Shown here: in pieces, positions 37,006 to 49,577 of the stretch
Layout of the letters: every line of letters begins with the position of its first letter
Position numbering within the stretch: position 1 is the first letter of the stretch
Source: Eukaryota sp. TZLM1-RC
Taxonomy: Eukaryota; Protista; Metamonada: BaSk clade
NCBI GenBank assembly: GCA_040285825.1
Contig: JAUPSS010000005.1
Coordinates: 992,001 to 1,056,000 of the forward strand
Direction: 5' to 3'
Length of the DNA stretch: 64,000 nucleotides
Made by a program: the position numbers and the translations under genes
The notes under the pieces: model-generated
Seen by the model: the letters and a program-made list of their open reading frames with translations, nothing else
What the model was told of the DNA's origin: nothing
Database searches by the model: none

Positions 37006-38017
37006 AATAGGGTGTTTAGAGTAAATAAATCACAAAATCATAAAGTTTATCATAACATAACTATATCTTAATCGATGACATTAGTTGAGTATTACACAGA
37101 AAATCGTAACTTGCCCCAAGAGCAACAGCTTTGATGGATGTATCACAATAAAGGAAATCAAACACCAAATGTCATAACTTAGTTTTAGCTAAATTCTGCT
37201 TTTCATAAATCTCTTCGATTCAGATTTTACCAACAAAAGACCATTATTAATCTCAATGCCAGATCAATAGAAAATTCCGGTGAATGATTGACAGCAATCA
37301 GAGGTAATCAGAGGTGATGATCTTGACATATTGTTTAAAGTCCTCCATTTTCACAAATATTTCATTGTTAAAAAAGTCTCAAACAAGAGGCCAGGATAAG
37401 AAGACGATCTTGTGTGTGGTTCATTTGTTTCGAACCAACATCGACATCTTTGTAGAAGCAAATGTAAATTTAGAAGCACAAAGCTTAGATACAAAGACAA
37501 AAACCATTTATTCTAACATCAACACTGAGATGAGTCTATTAAAAAACAAGAGGTATCAGCCAAAAAATCGGTAGCTGGAGTTCTAATCATACGAGACAAG
37601 ACAGCACAGAATGTACCGCAGGTCAAAGTAAGACAAATGCCAGACGTCATCAGACGATACAAGTAAGAAGTTTAACACTAGGGTTATCAAACGAAAAGAA
37701 AAGGTTCAGTGGTAGCCGAATTCACATTCATAAAGCTCGACATAACGCCGAGACTTCATGACACACAGATCTTGCGCAAGAAACGTGCGGCTCGAAACAG
37801 AGCTCCGAGCATCAATCTCGTCACACAGTCTTCATCAGAAGAACTGATACCAGAGGCTTAACATACTACCTGACATATGCACATGTTGAGGGAGGTGGGA
37901 AAAATGACCTGTATTTGTTGCAAATCAATTCTCTTCCAAAGAATTGTTTCAGCTGTTGATTCAATTGTGGTAACGTGATTTGGAAATCTCAACAAAAACA
38001 GGAATGATTCAAATTCA

Positions 38018-39686
38018 ATGTCTCGTTCTGCCAAGACCTTTGGAAAATCAGAAGGCTCCATCCCCGATCTTCCTGGGGATGTTGTTGACGGTAAAGTAGT
38101 TACACGCTTCCCTCCTGAACCCTCTGGTTTTCTTCACATCGGCCACGTCAAGGCTGCTCTACTTAACAACTATTACGCCCGTCACTATGGAGGAAAACTC
38201 CTTCTGAGATTCGATGACACCAACCCCTCCAAGGAGAAGGGCGATTACGTTACTTCCATCACTGAAGATCTTCATCGTCTTGGCATTGTCCCCGACAGCA
38301 TCTCCCACACTTCTGACTATTTCCCTCTCTTCATTGAAAAATGTGAAGAACTTCTCCGTTTGGGCGATGCTTTTGTTGATGACACCCCAGTAGACCTCAT
38401 GCGCCAACAACGTGGTAACCGTCAGCCCTCTGAACGTCGTGAAAACACCGTCGAACGCAATTTCGAACTCTGGGAAGAAATGAAGAAAGGGACCCCCAAA
38501 GGTTTAGAATGTTGCGTGCGAGCCAAGATTGACCCAACCTCCCAAAATGGAACTCTCCGTGACCCTGTTATCTACCGCTGTAATGTGGAACCCCATATCA
38601 GAACTGGTACTCAGTATAAGGTATTGTTTCTATTTTTAGTAACATGACAGCTCATCACAGGTTTACCCAACTTATGATTTTGTTTGTCCTATTATTGATT
38701 CAATTGAAGGAGTAACACATGCTCTGAGGACTAACGAATACAGAGAACGCAATGTCCAATACGACTGGTTTTTAAACAAATTTAATCTTCGAAAAGTTCA
38801 CATCCACGATTTTGGTAGGTTAAACTTTGAATATTCAGTCATGTCAAAGCGATTACTTTCAAAATTCGTTGATAAGGGCATTGTTGATGGATGGAATGAT
38901 CCACGTTTTCCCACTGTGCAAGGTGTTTTTCGCAGAGGGCTAACTTTAAAAGCATTATCTGATTTTATTCTGCTTCAAGGTAGTTCTGATGCTTTAATTC
39001 AAATGGAATGGGATAAGATTTGGGCCATGAATAAGCAAGTGCTCGAACCCGTTGCACCCCGGTATAACGCAGTAATTGATCCCATTGTAGTTGAATTAGT
39101 AGGGGAGGGAGCTTGTGATAGTGTTGATTGGAGAGAAATGCCACTTGTACCAAAGGATGCTGCTCTCGGTACTAAAATGGTTCCTTATTTCAATAGGGTT
39201 TTGGTATCTAAGGAGGATGTTCAAGATGTAGCTATTGGTGATAAAGTTACTCTTATGGGTTGGGGTAATGCTTTTGTTGAGAATGTTGTAAGTGAAAACG
39301 GTGTAGTTGAAGGAATAACTATGAGATTAGCACTAGATGATAAAGTTTTCAAAAAGACTTGGAAGATTCAATGGGTAGCTGATGTACCTGATGTTATACG
39401 TTTTGATGCTGCTTACTTTGGTTATTTAGTAAATGTTAAAAAAGTTGAGGCCCACCATGAGTTTGACCAAATTGCTAATCCTAATTCTAAAAAAACTTTG
39501 TCTTATGTTGGTGAGCCCGCTATGAAGACTCTCAGCCATTCTCAACATTTGCAATTGCAACGTTTGGGGTTCTTTATTGTGGACCAAGCTCCTGTCATTG
39601 AATCTGGATTGAAATTGATATATGTACCTTCAGGAAAAGGAACACTTACTTTAGAGGACATCTTTAAAAAGAAGAAAAAGAAATAG
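38018..39686 (+). CDS. EARS: Cytosolic-type glutamyl-tRNA synthetase; exons 38018-38620, 38661-39686 (542 aa)
   Basis: RFPPEPSGFLHIGH, RFDDTNP, YK/VYPTYDF, THALRTNEY, MSKR, GWNDPRFPTV, QLQRLGFF. Confidence 0.93.
38621..38660 (+). other. 40-nt spliceosomal intron of GluRS, same repeat family as CCT5 introns 2 and 3
   Basis: GTATTGTTTCTATTTTTAGTAACATGACAGCTCATCACAG; removal restores YKVYPTYDF. Confidence 0.93.
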
Positions 39687-39904
39687 TTTTTGATTAATCT
39701 TTAATAAATTTTGATTTATTGGGATTTTTTGGTCTTTCATAACATATACTGAAGGGAATAAATCCACAGCTAGTGGGCGTAATGCAGTACTGGAGAGAGA
39801 ATGAGTCAAGATTTTTAGACTTGGTTTCAGCAGAAAACAATCTCATTGAAACTGAAACATGCCTCAGCGATGAAAATGTTGAGGTGCTGGTTGGATTAAA
39901 AGTT

Positions 39905-40090
39905 TGTTTAAGTTGCTTGAAAACTTCATTTGCCATTATTAATAGATTACCTCGGTTTTTCAATCGAATCAGAGAAGCTCTAGCTAGACGGCAATAGATC
40001 AAGATTTTGTAGAGGAAGTTTTGATTCAATGAATTTGGTCCCAGTATGTATGAGTTTACTTTGTTAAGTTTGCAAGTTCAATAAAAGTCA
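39905..40090 (+). mobile_element. Short 3'-terminal fragment of a CRE-like non-LTR element
   Basis: Matches 32080-32240 (IINRLPRFFNRIREALARRQ...GTTCAATAAA). Confidence 0.8.
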
Positions 40091-40409
40091 ATTTAAACTT
40101 CCAGTGGGGAATTTGCTATGTGTATGTTTAAACACGCTACGATTTCTAAGTGTTGAGGACATCCTAAAGGTTTAGAGTTTGCGAGGTTTGAAATTCAGAG
40201 ATTCTGGTTATCACTTACACCCACACCTGGCAAATTGAGTCCGAGTCATTATGGATTGGGATTATTTTCTGATTGTATACTGCATTGTTAGACTTAAGTG
40301 TAAAGTCAATAGTTCACTCACAGAATTTTTTGATTTTGCTTATACTAAAAGTGCAACACAACACTCCAGGTGTAAATGTTAAATTGAACTGAAATTACAC
40401 CTATCACAT

Positions 40410-42965
40410 CTATAAATTATTGAACTAGCACACTTAACAAATCAACTCATAACTAATGGGACGAAATTCATGGAGACAAGATTTCCTCTACAAAATCTTG
40501 ATCTGCTTTCTGTCTACCTACAGCTTTTCTAATTCGTTTCAAAAACCATGAGAATCTATTAATAATGGCAAATTGAATTCAAGAACGCCATGAAAAGATA
40601 CCAATTTTTCATTCTTTTTTCTTGAACCATATTTTGGAAATTATTCAATAAATTTTCTCATTCTGCTGATAGTATTCCGTTTATCGAAAATGAGAAATCG
40701 ATAAGTGCAAGTGGTCTTATTTTATCTGCATTAGCTTTTTCGATATCTTTGTCATATTTTCTATGTTTTTCTTTGGATTTAATTTCAAGAGCTCTTAAAG
40801 GATTAAATTCTCTGCTTTGAGCCAAAATGTCATTTGCAACTTTACAGGAGACAAAGTCAACAACAGCTTCAGAATTCTCAATTCAATCACTCATCATCTC
40901 TATCATTAGAGCCAAAATTATTCAATGACAATTTTTCTCTCAGCAGAGGCTCTTTGATACACGACATTCTTGCAGTTCGTACCATTTTAAAAACAGTGTC
41001 TCTAATAGCATCATGGAATGAAAAACGACAAGTTATCAATTTAGAGCAATTCAGAGCATGGCGCAAAGTGAGTTGAGGGGAATTCGAACAATTAAATCCA
41101 ATTCTGTTTGTGACAATAGATGAGAAATCCTCTACTAAAGATAACGCAGTTTTACCCAAGGTTCCAAATAAAGAAAACGCAAAAGAACAAAGAAGGTATG
41201 GAGTATATGAGTTGGAATTCAGATTATTGATTTTTTCAGCATACTTGATAATTTTCGCTTCCTCAGCTCTACGTAAAGGTGAATTATAAGATGGTGCCAT
41301 TTTTCATTTGCACTGTTTGATACATCAGTAAATCTGACGTCAATAATGATCATTGATCCATCAAGTCCGGGAACTAGCACATCACTGCGGCTATCACCAA
41401 CAGAATTTCTGTCAGCTTCATCAACCAAATTTGAAAGCAAATGTTCTAAAAAGAACAACAATCTTGTAAGACTTAAACATACAATAAAGCTGATCATGGA
41501 CTGCATCATGCACTTTTGATCTAAAAGTAATAAATCGATTACAATTAATTAAATGGGTTGGAGTGACAGTTTTTCCACATTTACAAATTAATCCATGAGA
41601 AAGATTATTAGGCCAAATAATAGATCGAAAACGCATAAACAATAAAAAACAAGGGTCGTCTAGAAACAAACCATAAATTCTTGGTAATTGATTAATTAAA
41701 CAAGACGCAGAACTATCAAAAACATCCAGTGAAAAATTTGCAAAAGCGGGATTTTTTTGTTTGGCCATGCCCAGACGTACTTTCTCAATCCAGGCCTTCA
41801 AAAATAACTATCAGTTTTTGTTGAAGCTTCTTTACTCAATACCTTAAATTTGTCGTGGAATCTCTTGAACTGAGTCGGGAAAACATTGACACCAAATTTC
41901 TGGTGCAATTTTATTAATACCAACATCAAGGTCATCCAAATATTTGAAAAATGATGGATTCAGCAGATGGATATCTCCAGGAAAACACTTGAGAAATTCA
42001 AAAATAAAACTGTTCCACCACCAACAAAAGCTGCTTGACAAAGAATTGAAGATTCGGTAAAGCCAACACCACCAAATTGTGAAGTTGAGAATAAGTGTGC
42101 GCGAATAAATTCAGGATTCACTTCTAATAGGGAAGCAAAGAAAGTTACACGACGTTGATTAAATGATCGGCAAAAATCGATAGCCAAAAAAGGTTCTGTG
42201 GATCTTAATAAGTGAGTTATTTTTCCGAAGTAACCAATTTTCAAAATAGAAAAATTTGATATGTTTCTCTATTTCTAATTCAGAAATTGATTGGCGCTCA
42301 GTACTAAGTTTTGCAACAATTTCGATATGATTTTTAGTTACTTCATCAACATTTTCTAATCAACAACCTAAAAAACGAAAAGCTTCGTGAGATAAATTGG
42401 TAAAAGGAATTTTACAATTATTAATTTCAAACTCTTTGAATTCATGACCAACCAACAAACACTTTCGGGGATTCACGTGAAGTCCTATATTTTCATATTG
42501 TGAAGCAATTTCAATTGAAGCTTTTGGGACAACATCAAAAAGACCAATAAGGGAGATGTCATCCATATAACCTACAATTTTTACAGAAGGGTAATTTTCA
42601 GTAATTGCTATCTGTAAATCTGTAATTTGAATTTCTTGAATTGATTGAGGAAAACATTTGGTCCAGATTTGTGGTGACAATTTATCACTTTCACAAGATA
42701 ACTCATTCAAATATGGACTGCAACTGGGAACAAGCAAATGAGAATCTTCAAGAAATTTGCGAGAAAATTCATAAATAAAATTCTTGGCTCCGACCAAAAA
42801 TGCGGATTGACACAAAAAGAAGATTTAGTAAATCTCAAACCACCCAAGTTTGCTGAAGAAAACTAGTGATTTTTCATCATTCCTGATTCTACATCCAATA
42901 AATCAGCAAAAAATTCTGGTATCAATGAATTCAAAGAACGACAAAAATATAATGCTATTGAAGAA
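40410..42965 (-). mobile_element. Three fused, same-orientation CRE-like non-LTR fragments (~42965-42621, 42620-41098, 41097-40410)
   Basis: Piece 1 matches 16060-16385. Piece 2 has YMDD, FLG, a zinc finger and RLE. Piece 3 matches 31589-32240. Confidence 0.85.
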
Positions 42966-44108
42966 GCAAAAAAGATGTCAAAAATAATAAACACCAAAAA
43001 CAAACTCTTCCCACTTCTCAAAACCCAACTCCCTCTTCTTTGGTGTAGACACTTTTATTTCATTGTTATAGACGATATCTTCAATGTTGAATCAACATCC
43101 TTCTGCGAAAGAAGAAATTCTTAATGATATCAGGTCAATTGTAGATTGGGATAATTTACAGGATTTGGTGATGAAAAGTGTTGATGACATCATTGATGGT
43201 ATCATCACCAGTTTAAATCTTAAGCATACCTACATTGGAGAACTAGCCTTCAAACAAATGACAAATTTTGCAAAAGTAGGAATATCATGCTTAGCCGTGC
43301 TGAATCGAACAACGAACACTTTGTTTTCAAATTTGCTCAACAGGTGGTGTGCAAATTTTGTCAACGCAAATTTAAAAGAAAACAATCTTCTAAAATGACT
43401 TGAATGCTTGTAGGACTACATTAGTGCCACAATTCAGAAGACAAACTTGACACTAGATTGAGGATTGTGGGAAATATTCAGATACATTTTTCCCTTGATA
43501 ATAACCATCCTATTGAATTATGCCTATTGTATAACTTTTATCGAACAAATGTAAGTCAGTGCTTTTTACTAAACATGAAGAGTAAATATGGTATTCGAGA
43601 ACAATGCATATGTCCCCGGGTCATTTTTACACCTCGTTGAACCTACCAAAAACCTTATGTAAACTTTTTTCAACACCTGGATGATCCTCTGCACACACAG
43701 TGTTTATTATCGAGAAAATTGATAACATCTCATCAATACAATACTAATTACTAATATATATCGGTTCTCACTAAAGTAAAATCTTCATCATGAAAAGGTT
43801 GTTTTCTACGGCTTCCACATGGAGAGAAGTTGCTTCAAGGTTCAAAGAGTTATTGGCCAATGACAAACATAGATTACCGTTTTAAAATATAAACAAAAAT
43901 GCAAAAGATTACGCTGTGAGTAAAACCTATCAAAATAATGGAATTTTCCACAAAGAACACAATAAATTGTTTTGTAATAGACAAATGAAGTTTAACTGCC
44001 AAAAATATTTATTTACATTTGAGTTAAACAAATAACAAAAAGATAATTAACAATTTAAAATTACATCTTAGAAAAATAAAAATAAATAATAGATAACAAA
44101 TCAATTGA

Positions 44109-46163
44109 TTACATTTGCAAACGAATCCGATAATTACATCTTTGTTTTAGTTTCCTCTTCGTTGATTCAGATAATGTGTTCCCAGAAAGCCACAACTCAA
44201 TCCCTACATTCACCATCATTGCTTGAGCCAAAGCTTCAGCACCTTGATCATCAATATTGTTATTTCGTAGATGAAGCTGCTTGATCCCGCTATTCATCTT
44301 TAAAGCTTCACTCATAACAATTGCTCCTTCATTACCACAATTGGTGATACCAAGGTCCAAAATAGCTAATGAATTATTAAACTCCAATGCATGTGCAAGG
44401 TATTGAATTCCTAAATCACCAATAGGGTTATTGAGTAATCCAAGCTTTCGTAAAGTAGAGTTAACTACCAAAGCATCAGCCAAAGCTTTACAACCATTTT
44501 GGGTGATTTTGTTGTGATAAAGGTAAAGTTCTTCTAATGAAGTGTTTGTCTTCAAAGCTTGAGCAAGTGCAAATGCTCCTTTATCGTCAATATTGTTGTT
44601 TTCTAGATTGAGTTCCTTGAAATGCTGATTACCATTGAGACAAGCAGCAATTGAAGCAACTTGACCTTGCGAAAGGTTTTGATCAACTAAATACACTCTA
44701 TGTTCCTGACTATTAATAGCTGTCTTGAGTCTTCTTGGAAGTATATTAAAATTGATATTGGAAAATAAACTTTCAAGCAATTCTAATTTTTCTCCATTTT
44801 CCCTATTTTTTTGGTTGAATTCATCAATTAATCCATTCTTTTCTTCATTTAATTTATCTAATTCTTGCTTTTGCTCTGCATTTGTTTGAATCGAATTTTG
44901 AAAATCACCTTTCAAATTGCGATATTTATGCCTCAATTGTGCAATGTCTTTTTTGAGTCGGTCAAGTTCAAGAACACCATCATTTAAATTAATCATTTTT
45001 GATTCAAAATTTTGAAGCTTTACATTTAAATCTCGATTTTCCACAATTAATTGCTCAATTTCTTGATTTTTTTCACTTTCAAGTTTGGTTTTATTTCTAT
45101 TTAAATCTTTAATTTTTTGATTGATTTGAATAAAACAGTCGTCCATTTTATTTATATATTCTTTTTGTTTTTGATTAGCCTCAAGTAATTCTTGATTTTT
45201 CCGCTCCAAGGTGGCAAGTTGTTGCTTTAACATAAAATTTTCATTATATTTATCTTGATCAACAGATGAATTTCCAAATTTTGGTTCAATCACCAAATTT
45301 TCACCAAATTCTAGTTCATTTTGCAATTTATTCAACACTTCCAAAATTTCTTCAATTGAAGGTCTTTGAATTGGATCATTTTCCAAACATTTAGTTATAA
45401 TATTTTGTAAACATTGGGGAGTTTCTTTTCTAAATGGCAAACTAACACCTCTTAGTTTTTCAAGTAAAATGCTGGTTTGAGTTGAATTTTCAAAAGCAAT
45501 TTGGTTTAGAAGTAATTCATAGAGAATTACTCCCAGCGAATAGACATCACTTGCTTGAACAGCGGCATGATCAAAAACCTCAACAGCAGCATACTTTGGA
45601 GTAAAGGGGTTCATGGTGGTTATAGTGGTAGTGTTGGAAATGATTTTGGAGGTTTCAAAATCAGATATTTTTGGTTGACCATTAACCAATAAAATGTTCT
45701 GAGGCTTTAGGTCCCTGTGGATGAAACCCTTAGCATGTAGATAAGCAATGGTAGAGGTGATAGTCTTGGCATGGAGGATAGTAATGGGAGTCAAGGGTGA
45801 AGGGACATTGAGGGAACCAGAAGCGCGTTCCATTACGATTCCAACCTTCTCACCAATGTAGGTGATGCCAAAAACTCTAATGATTCCAGGGTGGTTGAGG
45901 AATGAGAGGAGTCCGATTTCCTTCTTGAGTTTGATTAGATCGCCGTCGTTGAGAGAGACAAGTTTGACAGCAACATCATGAGAGAACCACTTTCCGGCAT
46001 AGACGGAGGCAAAACCACCATGTCCGATTAAACCGTGTTCAAGATCGATATCAAGTTCAGAAGCAGAGATCTCACAACAAGATTGTTGGAATTTCTACAC
46101 ACTTCCGATCAACATCTTAACAAAGCATGACATTTCACAGTTCGGCACTTTTCTCTCATCCAT
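44109..46163 (-). CDS. Protein kinase (TKL-like) - coiled coil - RI-type LRR protein; in-frame TAG at 46097-46095 (possible pseudogene)
   Basis: The frame extends upstream of the ORF call: IGHGGFASVY, VAVK, HPGI, HRDLKPQN, DFE, DVYSLG, RP. Then a coiled coil and LxLxxNxIxDxGA repeats. Confidence 0.8.
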
Positions 46164-47400
46164 GGCCTGGGATTCTCAAAATCAAGAATACATTTACTGT
46201 GTTATAACAAGTTGAACATTTTGAAAATGTGTTTCTTTCAAATAAACATACTTTGTAACCATTTCTTTCAAAGTAATTTCTCCATCCAACTCCTCTATTT
46301 TATCGATGGTGCTTTAAATTCTTTGTCTTATTCCCATTGTCACCAAACATTAGGATAGTGTCTTATTGCTTCTATTGCTTTGCTGCCATTCTTTTTAATA
46401 ACTTAGTCTCTGTTTTCTGATGATGAACATACTTTTGCATTTTTTGAATGCATCATATCTTTAAACAGTAGTAATCAAATGTAAATGTCATGTTCTTCAG
46501 CTTGGAATCATTATAAGAATATAGAAAATCATAAATGGAAATTTTTGATTTTATGATTGTTTTGATAATAAAGCATCTGTTTCTTCCACGGTGATTCCAT
46601 TGTGTAAAATGTACTCTTTTCTTTTCAATTTTCTCAATTTTTGGTGGGGTGAAAGTGCTATAAGTGTGCTTAATCATGAATTGTAAATCTCCGAAATAGG
46701 TGTATTCAGTGGGATTGTGACGCTTAGGAAGGATCAGTGGTATGGTAGATAACGTAAGGAACACTTCGGGCGAAAATTGCCGTGAGAAATAGAAGTAAGA
46801 CAAGAAGTTTATGGAGAAAAGAAAAACAGCAATTCAATGAACCGACATGTGCCATCTCTTTCAGCATTGGGGTTTCTAGTTTTCAGCAGAATTAACAGTT
46901 TTTATTATTGGTGTCCCCCAAAAATGGCAACGACAATTCATTTTTATGTGACAAGTTTCCAATTATTACAACACCTGGGATTCCGATTTGAGTCGAGTTG
47001 AATCAACTCGAGTTTTTTCCACATCTTCATTATGGCTCTCAAATAATATGTTAACTGAAATAAAAATTATACTTTTCTAAAAAATCTGACATTGTGTGGT
47101 TAGACATAACACAATATGTGTTAAATGTCACTGGCTCTCATAAATTCTATCAATTATGAAGTTTATACTAGACATATTGTCCACAGTTCGTCAATTCAAA
47201 AAAATAAAATAAAATCTACTCACCTAACTGCAATGTAACTGTCAGTCATAGCGTGCTGTTGTTTATACCGAGATTTTTAGCATCAAATATGTCTTGTATC
47301 ATTTTTGTATCGTGTAGCTTTTACTTTCCCACCTATTGAGAATGGTTGTAGATCCTCTTTTGACACAGTCAGGTATGTGTTTTGCACCGATGCAATCTTG

Positions 47401-49577
47401 TGTTAGTCTTAACACTATATTACAGTGTAGATAGACTTATCTATCAGATTTTATGTTATTAGTTTGAATACTGATTTTTCATGGATACTTCACTAGCGAT
47501 GGTATTGAAATTCACTGCAACTCATTTATTTCTGTATTATGTATCTCTCTTTAAATACATATGTCTAGCCCTAGCCCTCAGGCATCAATAATTATTGGCC
47601 GCTAAATGGCTAACAACCAACAGGCTTCTCTTGATACAGCCTCACCTTCTGTCGAAGAAACCAACCCCAATCACAGTTGTAGTGATCCTTCCCATTTCAC
47701 CACCAATCCTCAGGATAAAGAAGGAAACCCTCACACTCTTTCCAAGGATTTTCCTTCTCCCAAAGAAGCCAACAGATACATTTCAAAAGAGGGGTCTATC
47801 TCTACGGCGTCTGAGGAGTCGCAAAGATTTTTCTGGTAAGGGTAGTCTTTCCTCTGCTTCAGGAACGTTCTCCAAGGAACCTATTATCCCTAAATCCAGG
47901 AAGAAGCAATACTCATGCGAACAAGTCCCTAAGCATTTGGAAGAATGGAACCTTTTGGACTTAGTCGCCTTGAAGGAAGAACCTGCAAGTAGCTCCCCTA
48001 AGGATCCGTTTCATTCGGATGTTTCTAAATGAGGCTCCTCCTCAAATACCTTCAGCTGAAGAGGACGGAGATAATTTTTAGTTCTTGTTGATGACATAAC
48101 CATACAACCCCACTACACATGCAAACCCGGATTGTCTTATTAATTTTTATCCACTCCGCTTGAATAGAGCATCAGCTGTTGAACCAAATCCAGGCCAAGT
48201 TTTTGCCGCTCGCAGTGCTTACGGTTAGAAGCTATCTAGAATATGGAACTCGTTAAATAACCCTTCTTCTCTGAGAAGTCTCCCAAACGATCCGGAAAGC
48301 ACTCCCGTACCTTCTCGTCCCGAGAAAGTGACCGTTCATGAAGAGTTCTTGTTTCTTCTGCAGGATTCTTTCCAATTCCCAAACCAATAGGTCCACGATG
48401 CAGAAACAGCCTTACGCTTTACTTGTCATCCTAACAAAATCATGAATCGAGAGCCACCTCAAACGCAAAAACACTAACGATATTCACAGATTACAGAAAC
48501 CTGTCTTACCTGGTGGCAGCTCCATCGTCACACGTTGGTTACTGATACTCAGTGAGTGTGATTTCGAGTTGGTACATATTTCGGGGAAGGACAACTACTG
48601 GGCTGACATGCTATTCAGACAGGTCCCATCGACCAATTTTGTACACATCAACACGATCAACACATGCAACATTCATCCTTCAACGAGCGAAATCACCAAT
48701 GAAACACTTCACCCAATCTACTATATCAGTAAATACAGTCCATCAGACAATTCACCTTTTCGAGACTCGGACGACCTAAAGGAAGCTCACAAATTCCTCA
48801 TTTTAAAAGAGAAGTGTTCACCTGCAATAGTCATGTTCGATCCATGGTTGCGAATAACCCGTTCAGAGCAAAAACAAGCTCTTTGCAGCTCATGAACGTT
48901 CATTTAATAACTGTTTCGTCAATCACCTTGACCTGTACGTCAACGAACCAGTCATGATAGTCATTTCATCATCAGTAATCAACGACATGCTTCTGATCAT
49001 ACATGGTTATGTATCAGGCGGTCATCTCGGTATGTATGAGAGTTTACGCAGGCTAGTCTCTAGCGACTACTACTGGCCTAGTATGAAAGATGATATGAAG
49101 AACCATGTACGTTCTTGTCCATCATGTCAGAAAACGGCCCATGTCTCCAAACCTAACACCCCATCTACCGAATCTCTGTGGGCTGACATATTCTTCGCCA
49201 ACTTGAATGTGGATACAATTGGTCCTCTTCCTCCAGATCAAGAGGCCAACAAATACATCTTGGTTATCATGGACAGTTTCACTCGGTTCACAATCCCCGT
49301 AACTCTCACAGAATCAAATGCAAGGCTAACGGCCGACGCGTTGATTTGGAGTGCAGTCTTTGGTATACACTTCAGCAATCACATTGATAACGGTCCTGAA
49401 TTCGCCAATAACGTGTTTAAATGACTGTGTGAATTCTTGTCAATCGACGTGACGAACAGCATTTCAAATTTCAGTTACAAATGGCCTATTTGACGTCATA
49501 GAGTCATCTTACAAAATTTCAGGAAGCTCCTTATTGATTTCTACGCCTATGAAAACTGGTACTTTTTTCAGGGATCA
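47401..49577 (+). mobile_element. LTR element E: putative 5' LTR 47401-47587, degraded gag start fused to RNase H-integrase; 3' end lost
   Basis: TGTTAG...GGCATCA followed by ATAATTATTGG. WADML, GGH..CPSC, VDTIGP, DNGPEF. Confidence 0.8.
47586..47597. other. 12-nt palindrome CAATAATTATTG at the inferred 5' LTR end (E)
   Basis: Read directly. Confidence 0.85.

Noticed and set aside
43084-43640. Short ORFs 43084-43398 and 43458-43640 (also 37314-37574, 46453-46803, 58431-58724)
   Set aside because: No recognisable motifs; probably decayed fragments.
46095-46097. Alternative genetic code (TAG/TAA read as Gln)
   Set aside because: CCT5, GluRS and the MORN gene end at TAG and the Sec1-like gene at TAA, at plausible C-termini, with no internal TAR codons.
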